From contig CAVYNH010000006.1 of NCBI GenBank assembly GCA_963769885.1, forward strand, positions 704,001 to 768,000: DNA of 64,000 bases. Direction: 5' to 3'. Every line of letters starts with the position of its first letter. Positions within the stretch are counted from its first letter, which is position 1. The notes under the pieces were generated by a model. It searched no databases and was not told where the DNA came from. It was given only the letters and a program-made list of their open reading frames with translations. Made by a program: the position numbers and the translations under genes. This stretch comes from Methanobacteriota archaeon. Its GTDB lineage: Archaea; Thermoplasmatota; E2; DHVEG-1. Shown in pieces: positions 18,060 through 30,298 of the stretch.

Positions 18060-19958
18060 ATGAAACTCCTCCTTATCCACAGTGATTTCATCGAGTACGA
18101 GGTCAAGGAAAAAGCCATCCCCCAGCCTGAAGAGATCACCACCAGGACCGGCCGGCTCGAGGAGGCCCTGACCGTCTTCGTCGCCGTCGAAAAAGTCGAC
18201 GAAAAGGCTCCAGAGCAGGCCGTCAAGGAAGCCGCCGATGCCATCGTCAAGATGGCGGAGCAGCTCAAGGTCAGCAACATCATGGTCTACCCCTACGCCC
18301 ACCTCAGCAGCAACCTCTCCAATGCCAAGACCGGCAAGGAGGTCCTCGCCAACCTCGAGGCCGAACTGAAGACCCGCGGCGACTACACCGTCAAACGCTC
18401 CCCCTTCGGCTGGTACAAGGCCTTCACTATCAAATGCAAAGGCCACCCCCTCTCCGAGCTCTCCCGGGAGATTGTCCCTACCGGCGAAGCCAGAGAAATA
18501 AAAAGCACCGAGGAGACCGAATCCCTCAAACAAGAACGCAAACTCAGCTCCTACTGGTACATCCTCAACACCGACGGCACCCTCACCGAGATCGACAACT
18601 TCAACTTCACTGGCCACAAGAACCTGCGGACCTTCGCCTTCTACGAAAAAGAAAAATCAAGGGCCATCAAGGGAGAACCAGCCCACGTCAAACTCATGAA
18701 GACCCTGGAGATCGCGGACTACGAACCCGCGTCAGACGCGGGCAACATGCGCTTCTACCCCAAAGGCCGCCTCATGAAAAGCCTCCTCGAAGACTACGTC
18801 ACCCAGCGGGTCATCGACTACGGCGGCATGGAAGTCGAAACCCCCATCATGTACGACATGGAGCACCCCACCCTCTCCAAGTACCTCGCCCGCTTCCCCG
18901 CCCGCCAATACCAAATCGAAAGCGACAAACGCCGATTCTTCCTCCGCTTCGCCGCCTGCTTCGGCCAATTCCTCATGGCCCACGACGCCACCATCAGCTA
19001 CAAAGACCTCCCCCTCAAAATCTACGAACTCACCCGCTACAGCTTCCGCCGCGAACAATCCGGCGAACTCACCGGACTCCGACGCCTCCGAGCCTTCACC
19101 ATGCCAGACGTCCACGCCATGGTCAGCGACATGCCCATGGCCATGGACGAGTTCGTCATCCGCTACAACCTCAGCCTCAGCGTCCTCAACCACATCGGCA
19201 TCACCACCGACGACATCGAGATGGCGCTGCGCACCACCAAAGACTTCTACCAGAAAAACAAAGACTTCATGGTCAGCCTCGCCAAAAAATTCGGCAAACC
19301 CGTCCTCCTCGAAATGTGGGACGAACGCATCTTCTACTTCATCCTCAAATACGAGTTCAACTTCGTCGATATGTCCGACAAAGCCAGCGCCCTCAGCACC
19401 GACCAGATCGACATCGAAAACGGCGAACGCTACGACATCACCTTCACCGACAAAGACGGCACCAGAAAACACCCCTACATCCTCCACTGCAGCCCCAGCG
19501 GCGCCATCGAACGCGTCCTCTACGCCCTCCTCGAAAAGGAAGCCATCAAAATAAGCAAAGGACAAAAACCCATGCTGCCGCTCTGGCTCTCCCCTACCCA
19601 GGTCCGGCTCATCCCCGTCACCGACGAATTCCAACCCGACTGCGAACGCTTCGCCGCCGAACTCGCCATGCTCTCCCCCTGCTACGTCATCCGCACCGAC
19701 ATCGACAACCGCGAGGAAAGCGTCAGTAAAAAAATCAGAGAAGCAGAGAAGGAATGGATCCCCTATATCGTCGTCATCGGCGACAAAGAACGCACCAGCG
19801 GCACCATCACCCCCCGCTGCCGGCTCCCATCCCTCGGCGGCGGCGAGTACACCGTCGCCCAGTTCCATGAACACATCATCGTCCAGACCAAAGACTACCC
19901 GCAACAAAAACTCCCCCTCCCCCAGCACCTCTCCAAACGCCCCAAGTTCACTGGATAA
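18060..19958 (+). CDS. thrS: Threonine--tRNA ligase (archaeal type, N-terminal editing domain)
   Basis: MKLLLIHSD, YPYAHLS, PFGWYKAF, CKGHPLSELSR, LRFAACFGQF, LHCSPSGAIER. Confidence 0.96.
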   Translation: MKLLLIHSDFIEYEVKEKAIPQPEEITTRTGRLEEALTVFVAVEKVDEKAPEQAVKEAADAIVKMAEQLKVSNIMVYPYAHLSSNLSNAKTGKEVLANLEAELKTRGDYTVKRSPFGWYKAFTIKCKGHPLSELSREIVPTGEAREIKSTEETESLKQERKLSSYWYILNTDGTLTEIDNFNFTGHKNLRTFAFYEKEKSRAIKGEPAHVKLMKTLEIADYEPASDAGNMRFYPKGRLMKSLLEDYVTQRVIDYGGMEVETPIMYDMEHPTLSKYLARFPARQYQIESDKRRFFLRFAACFGQFLMAHDATISYKDLPLKIYELTRYSFRREQSGELTGLRRLRAFTMPDVHAMVSDMPMAMDEFVIRYNLSLSVLNHIGITTDDIEMALRTTKDFYQKNKDFMVSLAKKFGKPVLLEMWDERIFYFILKYEFNFVDMSDKASALSTDQIDIENGERYDITFTDKDGTRKHPYILHCSPSGAIERVLYALLEKEAIKISKGQKPMLPLWLSPTQVRLIPVTDEFQPDCERFAAELAMLSPCYVIRTDIDNREESVSKKIREAEKEWIPYIVVIGDKERTSGTITPRCRLPSLGGGEYTVAQFHEHIIVQTKDYPQQKLPLPQHLSKRPKFTG

Positions 19959-20017
19959 CCACAGAATTACGCCTTCATCGTCCAAAGAAAAAAAATGATC
20001 CCAGGGAGAAAAGGCCC

Positions 20018-21149
20018 ATGCTCGCACGAAAAGAAATCCAGAAGATAGCCGAGTCCTACGACCCCGCCCAGATCACCATCGGCGTCCTCGGAGGACACTC
20101 CGCCCTGGACGTCTGCCGCGGCGCAAAAAAATACGGGTTCCACACCCTTGCCGTCTGTCAACAAGGCAGAGACAAGACCTACAGCAAGTACCTACCGCAC
20201 CAGACCCGATGGCCGCGGTTGCGTCGACGCCACCATTACCCTGGACAAGTTCTCGGACATCACCACCCCCGAGGTCCAACGACAACTCCGAGACCACAAC
20301 ACCATCTTCATCCACAACCGCTACTTCTGGGTCTACTTCAACTTCACCGACATCGAAAACAACTTCCGCGTCCCCATCTTCGGCACCCGCAGCATGCTCA
20401 AACTCGAGGAGCGAGACGTCCCCAAAAACCAGTACTACCTCCTGGAAAGAGCAGGAATCCGCCACCCCAAGATCTTTCAATCGCCTAAGGACATCGACCG
20501 CCTCGTCCTCGTCAAGGTCAACGAGGCCGCCCGCGGCTACGAACGCGCCTTCTTCTACGCCTCCACACCCGGAGACTACCAGACCAAGGCAACCGAACTG
20601 CTGAGGAAAAAGATAATCACTCCCGATGCCCTGAAGAAAGCAGTCATCGAGGAGTATGTCGTCGGCGCTCAGATCAACTTCAACTACTTCTACTCAAGCC
20701 TCGACGACGAACTTGAGATCATGGGGACCGACACCCGACGGCAGACGAACCTCGACGGTCTCATCCGCCTCCCGGCCAATGAACAGCTCGAAGTCCTCAA
20801 GTATCTCCAGCCGAAGATCATCGAGACCGGACACATCGCAGCGACGACGAAGGAATCGATCATCGAGAAGATCTTCGACCTCGGAGAGAAATTCGTGGCG
20901 ATTACGAAGAAGGAATGCCCGCCTGGAATCATCGGCCCCTTCGCCCTCCAAGGCGCCATCGCCGCCGATAAAGGAAAGGAGGAAATGGTAGTTTTCGACG
21001 TCTCTATGCGCATTCCCGGTAGCCCGCTGACTCCCTTCACACCCCATACGAGTTACCTCTACGGCACCTCGATTAGCTATGGGGAACGCATCGCCATGGA
21101 GATAAAGAAAGCCGTGAACACGCAGCGGCTCAAGGACATCGTCACCTAA
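20018..21149 (+). CDS. purP: PurP-family FAICAR synthetase-like ATP-grasp protein; frameshift at ~20192 (likely read error)
   Basis: GVLGGHSALDV, ERAFF, IEEYVVG, GIIGPFALQ, FDVSMRIPG, GERIAMEIK; the two ORFs join (TYSKY|YRTRP) if one C after GTAC is removed. Confidence 0.85.
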
Positions 21150-21718
21150 ACGTCTTTTTTCGGGATGATCGTCCGCTGTTCCGTCAGGATCATATCGAGG
21201 GGAATGTCATGCGGTTCCGTCGGGATGCGGGGAACAATCTGATTCTCGAAAGCGAGGCCAAACGTGAGGACCTGATGCGGATAGTGAAGGAGGCGGTCAT
21301 AGAACCCCATGCCATGGCCGATGCGCCGACCGGCTTCGTCAAAGGCGACGCCGGGGATGATACAGAGGTCGAGGTCCTCGAAGCGAGCGGGCATGCGATA
21401 TTCCTTCTTGGGTTCGGGAATTGAGTAGGGACCGAGGGTGAGGTCGTCCCAGCGGCGGAGGAGCGACAGGGAGAGGGTCTTGGTGGCGGGGTCGGTGCAG
21501 GGGACGACGACGCGTTTGCCGCTGAGAAGGCTGCGTTTGATCATATCGTGCGTGGCGACTTCGTTGTCGTAGGAGACGTAGAAGAGGATGGTCTGGGCGG
21601 TGGCGTACTCGGGGCGTTGGAAGAGGCGGTCGAGGATCATCTGGCTTTTGACCTGGACTTCGCGGGGAAGCATGGCCGCGCGTCGTTGCAGGGCCGCGGT
21701 TCGGATGTCGTCTTTCAT
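21146..21718 (-). CDS. 5-formyltetrahydrofolate cyclo-ligase
   Basis: YVSYDNEV, IPEP, IIPGVAFDEAGRRIGHGMGFYDR, EPHDIPLD. Confidence 0.92.
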   Translation of the reverse strand: MKDDIRTAALQRRAAMLPREVQVKSQMILDRLFQRPEYATAQTILFYVSYDNEVATHDMIKRSLLSGKRVVVPCTDPATKTLSLSLLRRWDDLTLGPYSIPEPKKEYRMPARFEDLDLCIIPGVAFDEAGRRIGHGMGFYDRLLHYPHQVLTFGLAFENQIVPRIPTEPHDIPLDMILTEQRTIIPKKDV

Positions 21719-21855
21719 CGGGGTTCCACCCCTGGGGTGTGTGAAGGTGTGTGAGGGATGGTATCGTTTTGGTGGTTTTTAAGCACCTCGTTGGTTGGTG
21801 TACGGCGGTATCTTGGTTAGTATCGGGGCGGTATTAAAAAAATTAATATATAATA

Positions 21856-22104
21856 ATGCGATTCGTTTGTGTGGGGGAATTTCCGTTGGACGACAAGCAG
21901 TTGACGTTTGAGGACGGTATCACGTTGTGTAAGCATGTGTTTCAGTGTGCGATCCATAAGACGCTGAATGGGGTGCCTGAGGAGTGGATGATTTTTTCGA
22001 AGACGCATCAGGTGTTATCGGAGCTGGGGTATGTGACGGACCTTGAGGAGCTGCAGATGGTGCTCTTCAAGCTGAACCTGGATAATATCTACCCGAAAGT
22101 GTAG
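21856..22104 (+). CDS. Hypothetical protein (start uncertain)
   Basis: ORF with AT-rich upstream region, fills the intergenic gap. Confidence 0.55.
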   Translation: MRFVCVGEFPLDDKQLTFEDGITLCKHVFQCAIHKTLNGVPEEWMIFSKTHQVLSELGYVTDLEELQMVLFKLNLDNIYPKV

Positions 22105-22202
22105 GAGCGCCAGGGAGGATCTCCGGTTCTTTTTGCCAAAAGAAAATTCGATATCGTAGAAGAAGAAAATGAAAAAAAGGAGAAGCGGGGGGGGTGCCTT
22201 CT

Positions 22203-23150
22203 CTAGGTGAAGATCATGAAGAAGAGGAGGAGTATCCCGCTGCGGGTGATGTTGATGGTTCGGACGTTGGCACCGCCTATTTGGAGGGAGAACTGGATTC
22301 TCCCGAAGCCGAGGATGAACATTTTTATGGATGTGGAGTTCCCCGGTCCGAGGTCCGGCAGGGTCCCGTTCAGATGTTTGCCGAGGAGGACGAACCCAGT
22401 CAACGTGGAATTCCACCAGAGGTCCTGCGCGGTGACGTTCCCGGTGTTGGTGATGGTGAGTCCTCGGAAACCAAACCTGCATGACAGCGTCGTTTCCGTT
22501 AACCCGTAGGTCCGGAAGCACATGTCCCAGGTTCCATTCCCGGCATTACGTGGCGTGCTTGCAGGAGACGATCCTTGCACCGAGGGCGCGCCAACAACGG
22601 TCGAGTTCCAGTTCGTCCCGTCAATGCTTATCCAGGCACACCCGTTGGGGTACGCGGTCGAGTCGTTGCTCCCCGCCCAGATGAACCAGTTGGCGGTGAC
22701 GTTCTCGGTCCTACAGACGATGTAGTAAGTGTCGCCGGGGACGACCCAGCAGTCGGGGACGTCGCAATCCACCCAGGTGACGTTCAGGTTCGTGAATTCC
22801 TCCGTAGGGACGTCGACGGAAACGAGGTCTGCGCCAGCCAAGTCCTGGCGGATCGAGACGGTGAGCGGATGTGTGGTCGTGGTATTCTTCCCGGCCTCGA
22901 GCTGAACCCGGGTGAGGACCTCTTTGGTTGGGACAAACGACTGGGCAACCTGAATATTGACAGACAGCGCCTCGTAGCTCCCGATGAGCATGATATTGTT
23001 GCTCGTTTCCTGTTTCTGGTCGAGCTCATCAACATAGACCGGCGACCCGGTCTGCATCGCTGGATTCGCGTAGGCATCGGCTCGCGGCAGGACCACAGAG
23101 AGTCCAGCGACCACGAGCACACACGCTATCAGTATGGATAGTTTTCGCAT
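22203..23150 (-). CDS. Secreted protein with shared C-terminal Ig/CARDB-like domain
   Basis: GGAGG before MRKLSILIACV signal peptide; DELDQKQ..AQSFVPT domain; C-terminus ITNTGNVTA...GILLLFF. Confidence 0.75.
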   Translation of the reverse strand: MRKLSILIACVLVVAGLSVVLPRADAYANPAMQTGSPVYVDELDQKQETSNNIMLIGSYEALSVNIQVAQSFVPTKEVLTRVQLEAGKNTTTTHPLTVSIRQDLAGADLVSVDVPTEEFTNLNVTWVDCDVPDCWVVPGDTYYIVCRTENVTANWFIWAGSNDSTAYPNGCAWISIDGTNWNSTVVGAPSVQGSSPASTPRNAGNGTWDMCFRTYGLTETTLSCRFGFRGLTITNTGNVTAQDLWWNSTLTGFVLLGKHLNGTLPDLGPGNSTSIKMFILGFGRIQFSLQIGGANVRTINITRSGILLLFFMIFT

Positions 23151-23314
23151 AAACCTTCCTCCAATCCTGCTATTAACCCTGTTGTTCATAAAACTTCCGC
23201 TGAAGCATCCCCCGTCCCTGAGAGCCGTGGTAACAATAGGGGAGGCATCCTACGGCTCCCCCTGGAGCAGGTTTAAATACCTTAAAAGACATAGAAATCA
23301 TAAGGGATTCAATC

Positions 23315-25213
23315 ATGAAGCGCCTCGCCCTCCTCCTCACCTTCCTGGTGGTCCTCAGCGGACTTGGCGCTGCCAGCATTCCAACCACCAGCCCCACCTC
23401 ATCCCTCAGAACCTCCCAGAGTCTTTCCCTCCGATTCACCTCTGCCCCTCTACTCCAGGAAAAAAACGGAGACTACCGGGTCACCATCGCCGGCGCCGCC
23501 TCCCAACTCTCTGAACGAAACAAGCCGATGCTCCCACTTCAAATCCAGACCATCCAGCTGCCTTGGGGCGCCCAGAACATCCAAGTCCACTGTACCATCC
23601 CCGAAACGCATACCATGATCCTGGACAGAGACATCGCCCCCGCCCAGATTTATCGGCGCGATCAACTGCCTCCCGCGCCCATGAAAGATCCCATAGTCTA
23701 CCAGAGTAGCGACCTCTACCCACAGGCTTGGTACTCCACACGCCTAGGGGCTGGTCGCAACGAGCAGATGCGCCAGGTCGTCTTCGTCACCATCGCCTGC
23801 TATCCCGTCCGGTACGCGCCAGCCGCCCATCGCCTCGAATACACCTCAGGTTTCGATCTGACCATCACCTACGACCTCGGCCGAACCACCCCGCGGCCGA
23901 CCGGCGAACCGTTCGACATGGTCGTCATCGGCCCGAAGAAGTTCGAACGACCCCTGCAACTGCTCATTGACCATAAGAACGCCGTCGGCGTGAAAACCTA
24001 TTTCAAAGGCATGGAGGACATCCTCAGCCAGTACAACGGCACCGACCCTCCCGAGCAGGTCAAATACTTCATCAAGGAGGCCTACGACACCCACAACATC
24101 AGCTATGTCCTGCTCGTCGGCGGCCTAAAATCCTACTTCGACGCCACGGACAAAGACGGTCGCTGCTACGGCTCCACCGCCTGGTGGGTCCCGGTCCGAT
24201 ACGTGGCAATCCCGGAGGATGACGACGAGGCCTGTCTTTGCGACCTCTATTACGGCTGCTTGTACAATGCTTCAGGAGGGTTCGACAGCTGGGATTCCAA
24301 CGGCGACGGCGTCTACGCCGCCTGGAGCGCCGGCGTCCCCAACGACCAGTTCGATATGAACCCGGAGGTGTTCTACGGGCGTCTCGCCGTGACGACGATT
24401 TCGGAGCTACGGAATGTCGTCGCCAAGATCATCGCCTACGAGACGTCATCCCCGGCGAACCAGTCCTGGTTCAAGAACGTGGTCGGCGTCGGCGGCAAAA
24501 CCGTCCAGAATTTCTCCGGGAAGCCGGATGGGGAATGGCTCTGCGATCAGGCGATCGAAAACCTCAGCCTCGTCATCCCCGGTCTGAACCCGGTCCGCTG
24601 CTACTCCACGAACCGGGGCACATGGAATCTGACCCCGACTCCCTTGGCGATCGGCAAAGCGATTCGGTCTGGGGCAAGCTTCGTGGACATGGAGGGTCAT
24701 GGGAACCCGATGACGTGGAACACAATCTGGTTCGACGGTGAGTATCCCGACGACTGGTGCGGCGGCACGAACGTCTACCTGTTCTGGATGTTCCGCAATG
24801 ATAACATGCTGCCGATGGTGATCGTCGGCGGCTGCCACAACGCAATGTTCAACGTGACGTTCATGCAGAGCCTGCGGGACAGGAATGGGACCCAGTATTT
24901 CACCTATGGGATTCCGACCCCGTGGTGCTTCAGCTGGGGGCTGGTGAGGAAAGCCCATGGCGGCGCGATTGGCGCGACGGGCAGCACCGGGTACGGGCTT
25001 GCAGATGCGGATAACCCGAACTCGTTGAGCGCGGAGCTTGAGGGTGATTTCTTCCGGATGATCGGCCGCCTCAACGCGACGACCCTGGGCCAGGCGCACA
25101 GCTGGGCTGTTGAGACGTATCTTGGTGAGAACCAGATTCAGCTGGACGATGCCTTCTGCATCACGAACTGGCAGTTCTTCGGCGACCCCAGCCTAAGGAT
25201 CGGCGGCTATTAA
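23315..25213 (+). CDS. Gingipain-like C25 cysteine peptidase with propeptide
   Basis: Signal peptide; propeptide-like P.LP region; YVLLVG, DLYY, GRL, EGHG (His), GGCHN (Cys), FGDPSL. Confidence 0.85.
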   Translation: MKRLALLLTFLVVLSGLGAASIPTTSPTSSLRTSQSLSLRFTSAPLLQEKNGDYRVTIAGAASQLSERNKPMLPLQIQTIQLPWGAQNIQVHCTIPETHTMILDRDIAPAQIYRRDQLPPAPMKDPIVYQSSDLYPQAWYSTRLGAGRNEQMRQVVFVTIACYPVRYAPAAHRLEYTSGFDLTITYDLGRTTPRPTGEPFDMVVIGPKKFERPLQLLIDHKNAVGVKTYFKGMEDILSQYNGTDPPEQVKYFIKEAYDTHNISYVLLVGGLKSYFDATDKDGRCYGSTAWWVPVRYVAIPEDDDEACLCDLYYGCLYNASGGFDSWDSNGDGVYAAWSAGVPNDQFDMNPEVFYGRLAVTTISELRNVVAKIIAYETSSPANQSWFKNVVGVGGKTVQNFSGKPDGEWLCDQAIENLSLVIPGLNPVRCYSTNRGTWNLTPTPLAIGKAIRSGASFVDMEGHGNPMTWNTIWFDGEYPDDWCGGTNVYLFWMFRNDNMLPMVIVGGCHNAMFNVTFMQSLRDRNGTQYFTYGIPTPWCFSWGLVRKAHGGAIGATGSTGYGLADADNPNSLSAELEGDFFRMIGRLNATTLGQAHSWAVETYLGENQIQLDDAFCITNWQFFGDPSLRIGGY

Positions 25214-25295
25214 CACAGATTTCTTTTTTTATCTTTGATGCTCTCAGAGGATAAGGAAAGAAGAAAAAAGGCGAGGGGGGAGGGGTTGTTTTCCC

Positions 25296-26363
25296 TTAGA
25301 CCTCTTGCATCAGGAAGGCGCCGAGGCATTGGAGGCTCTCTTCGTAGGAGTCGGGGAAGAGGAACCGCTCGGTCGCGGCGATGCTGCTGAGCAGGGCGTT
25401 CCCGTCCTGCGGGGTGAAGCAGAACCCGACGACCTCGTTTTCGTTGATGACGTGGATTGTGGGGATGATGACGACGGTCTGGTCCAGGATCCTACCGTAA
25501 TGCCCATGGTCCCGGCCGAAGGAGAACACGAGGTTGGAGGACTTCTTGTAGGTGATGGCAACGCGGGGGTTGTCCATGAACCGCTGCGCGGCCTCCTCTT
25601 TCGTGATCTTGTGGTCCAGCTTCACGTCGTACCAGATGCTGTGCATGTATTGGGTATTGACCTTCATCGAGCTTGAGAACACGTTGAGGTCGATGCCCAG
25701 GGTCTTGTAGAGATGGTAGACGTCGACGGCGTGGTGCGTGCCCATGGCCGCGTCCTTGTGGACGTCGACTTCGGGGGAGGGGACGAAGCTTTTCACCTGG
25801 CTAATGTCGTTGGCGCGGCGGATGCAGAGGAACCGGCCTTCCTTCATGTGGTTCTTCTTCTTGTCGATGCCTAGGGTGTTGATGATGACCGCGATGTTGT
25901 GGGTGTTGCAGCTGACGACGTGGATGTACTGGTCTTTTGGGGTGATCGCCTCGTCGTTGATGCCGACGGCGAACATCTTGCCGAACCCGAACTCGGAGCC
26001 TTGGGCGATGAAGCCTTTGACCTTGTTCGCATACTTGGTGTAGTATTTCTCCTTGTTCTGCATCCCGGTGCCCTTGGGAGTGCAGTCGATGACGACGCTG
26101 GCGCGCTTGATGGCCTCTTCGGCGTCGAACATGGGTTCGATGCCGAGCGTCTGGAAGTCTTTGAGTTTCTCGGGGTTGACGGCCACGTTCGCGCCCCGGT
26201 TCATCAGGCCCTTGATCTTCGGGCGGTCCTCAAGCGTGGGGCTATGCTTGTAAAAGGTGACCTCGTCGATGCCGAGGTCGTCTCTCGCGTCACAGAGCAG
26301 GCCGATGAGCGGCTCGCCGATGGTTCCTGTGCCAACCACATGGACAATATTGCCAGAACTCAT
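25296..26363 (-). CDS. Archaeal-type glyceraldehyde-3-phosphate dehydrogenase-like protein (divergent)
   Basis: VVGTGTIG, VIDCTPKG, VVSCNT, RRAND, HHAVDV. Confidence 0.75.
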   Translation of the reverse strand: MSSGNIVHVVGTGTIGEPLIGLLCDARDDLGIDEVTFYKHSPTLEDRPKIKGLMNRGANVAVNPEKLKDFQTLGIEPMFDAEEAIKRASVVIDCTPKGTGMQNKEKYYTKYANKVKGFIAQGSEFGFGKMFAVGINDEAITPKDQYIHVVSCNTHNIAVIINTLGIDKKKNHMKEGRFLCIRRANDISQVKSFVPSPEVDVHKDAAMGTHHAVDVYHLYKTLGIDLNVFSSSMKVNTQYMHSIWYDVKLDHKITKEEAAQRFMDNPRVAITYKKSSNLVFSFGRDHGHYGRILDQTVVIIPTIHVINENEVVGFCFTPQDGNALLSSIAATERFLFPDSYEESLQCLGAFLMQEV

Positions 26364-26476
26364 TTTCTCCCCAACGGGGGGGTAAGAGATACGATAATAT
26401 AATTGTTCCTGTTTTCTCCAGAGTCGCGGCCTGAAACGATAGACTTATCAGAAGGAATCCCATACCGGTTTGGTTT

Positions 26477-27124
26477 ATGCAGATTCATCCTATTTTCGGC
26501 ATCGATTACGACGCGAACATCTACCTTATACCAGGGGAAACGCCGACGCTTATCGATACCGGGACCGGGTTTCATAGTGAAGCAGCCCTAGAAGACCTCA
26601 GGGATTTCATCAATCCAGGGCAGATCCAGCAGATCATCCTTACCCACGAGCACTATGACCACGTCGGCGGGACACCGGACTTCCTCCAAGCGACCACGGG
26701 AAAGGCCCGCGTCGGCGCCCTCCAGACGATCTCTGAGAAGCTGAAGACGGGGAAAAGCACTTTTGCGGAGATGCTCGGCGGCCACATGCCCTCCATTGAC
26801 ATTACCCTGCTTCTCAACGATGGAGAGAAAATCATCTGTGGAGACGACGAGTTCACCGTGCTCGCCACTCCGGGACACAGCCCAGGCAGCCTCTGCCTCT
26901 ACAACCCCAAAGACAAGGTTCTGTTCAGCGGCGACACCGTCTTCGCCGGTGGCGGCTACGGTCGCTACGACTTCCCCGGCGGCGACTACGACCAGCTCCT
27001 CGCCTCCGTCCAACGTCTCATGACCATCGAAGTAGACGCCCTCTACAGCGGCCACGGTCCCGTCGTCACCAAGAACGCCAGCCGAGACATCAGGGAGGCC
27101 TACAAGAACATCCTGATCAGGTGA
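26477..27124 (+). CDS. MBL-fold metallo-hydrolase
   Basis: LIDTG, THEHYDHVGG, TPGHS, FSGDT, GHG. Confidence 0.9.
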   Translation: MQIHPIFGIDYDANIYLIPGETPTLIDTGTGFHSEAALEDLRDFINPGQIQQIILTHEHYDHVGGTPDFLQATTGKARVGALQTISEKLKTGKSTFAEMLGGHMPSIDITLLLNDGEKIICGDDEFTVLATPGHSPGSLCLYNPKDKVLFSGDTVFAGGGYGRYDFPGGDYDQLLASVQRLMTIEVDALYSGHGPVVTKNASRDIREAYKNILIR

Positions 27125-27126
27125 CC

Positions 27127-27360
27127 ATGCCCAACGTACGCGCCATCCTCAACGAGCTGAAATGGAGCAAAGACCTGTCCAAGGCCGAGATCTGGTACCG
27201 CCATCGCGGCGCCCCCAACGACACTATGATCATCTCCGGCGCCGACATCACCGACATCGGCCGGTCGTTCTTCGAGACCACCACCGCTTCCATCCCGTTC
27301 CACCGCATCTTGAAAATCTGTTACGACGGCACCGTCGTCTTCGATCGAAGCCAGATTTAA
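27127..27360 (+). CDS. DUF504/UPF0248 (MJ1316-like) RNA-repair-associated domain protein
   Basis: ILNELKW, YRHRGAP, IPFHRILKI. Confidence 0.8.
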   Translation: MPNVRAILNELKWSKDLSKAEIWYRHRGAPNDTMIISGADITDIGRSFFETTTASIPFHRILKICYDGTVVFDRSQI

Positions 27361-27411
27361 TAACACGGGAACCCTATTCCCACCGAAAAACAATGATAAG
27401 AGGCATCACCC

Positions 27412-28682
27412 ATGGCTGAAGAGAAAACCTCCCAGATCTCAGGTTTCTACAAACTCCCCATCGAAGACCGCCGCGCATTGGTGAAGCGGTTCGCCGGCCT
27501 GTCTGACGATGAGCACTCCCTGTTCTCCTCCAGTCTCGACCTTCAAACCGCGGACCGCATGATTGAGAACGTCATCGGCACCTTTGAACTGCCCTTGGGC
27601 CTCGCTGTCAACTTCCGAATCAACAAAAAAGACTACCTCATCCCCATGGCGACGGAGGAATCCAGCGTCGTCGCCGCCGCCAGCAACGGCGCTAAGATGG
27701 CCCGCGTCCTCGGCGGCTTCACCGCTACCTGCTCCCCGCCCTTGATGATCGGTCAGATCCAGCTCCTCGCGATGCGTGATGCGGCTAGTGCCGCCCAAGA
27801 GATCATAGATCGAAAACACGACGTCCTGAAGCTGGCGAACGAACAAGATAAGGTGCTGACGGATCTAGGCGGCGGGGCCAAAGACCTCGAAGTCCGGATT
27901 CTGGACAGCCCTCTTGGCAAAATGCTCGTCGTCCACCTCATCGTCGACGTCCGAGACGCCATGGGGGCCAACGCGGTCAACACCATGTGCGAAGCGATCG
28001 CGCCAGTGCTTGCTGAGCTCGCCAACGGCAAAGCCCGGCTCCGGATTCTCACCAACCTAGCAGACCGCCGGCTCATCACCGCCGCCGCGACCTTCGATGC
28101 GAAAACCATCGGCGGGGATGCAGTCGTCGATGCCTTCCTTGAATCCTATACCCTAGCGATGGTGGATCCGTACCGCGCGGCGACCCACAACAAGGGAATC
28201 ATGAACGGTATCGATGCGGTCATCATCGCCACGGGTAACGACTTTCGTGCTATCGAGGCAGGGGCGCATGCGTATGCCGCCCGAAACGGCTGCTATACCT
28301 CACTGACGACCTATGAGCAGGATGAGGCGGGGAACCTGATGGGGATGATCGAACTGCCGATGGCGGTCGGCATCGTCGGCGGCGCTGCGAACATGCATCC
28401 CAAGGCCCGACTTTGCCGTAGGATTCTGGGTATCACATCTGCCGCCGAGCTGGGTATGATTGCGGGTAGTGTCGGCCTCGCCCAGAACTTCGCTGCAGTA
28501 TTGGCACTCTCCACAGTCGGAATCCAGAAAGGGCATATGTCCCTGCATGCAAAAAACATCGCCGTGATGGCTGGAGTCAGGGGGCCGAGATCGACGTTCT
28601 TGGTGAGAAGCTGGTCGCTGAAGGGAAGGTGAAGTTGGACCGGGCCAGGATTCTTCTTGAGGAGATGCGCAGGAAGAAATAG
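27412..28682 (+). CDS. hmgA: Class II HMG-CoA reductase; frameshift in G run at ~28580 (likely read error)
   Basis: MIENVIG, PMATEESSVVAA, DAMGAN, RAATHNKGIMNG, IQKGHMSLH; adding one G restores ..GAEIDVLGEKLVAEGKVKLDRARILLEEMRRKK to TAG at 28682. Confidence 0.9.
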
Positions 28683-28791
28683 GTAACTGTCTTCTCAGTG
28701 GCTGCCAAGTCTATTAATACTCTCCACACTGAATCCTTCTAAAAAACACGTGAAAATATTCGAAGAGTAATTGAAGATGAAAAATAGCGGT

Positions 28792-30284
<1,493 letters not shown>

Positions 30285-30298
30285 CTATACATCAACCA

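Noticed and set aside
28575-28590. hmgA frameshift as pseudogene or programmed recoding
   Set aside because: A single missing G in a G homopolymer restores a normal C-terminus; typical long-read error, and not at GTAC
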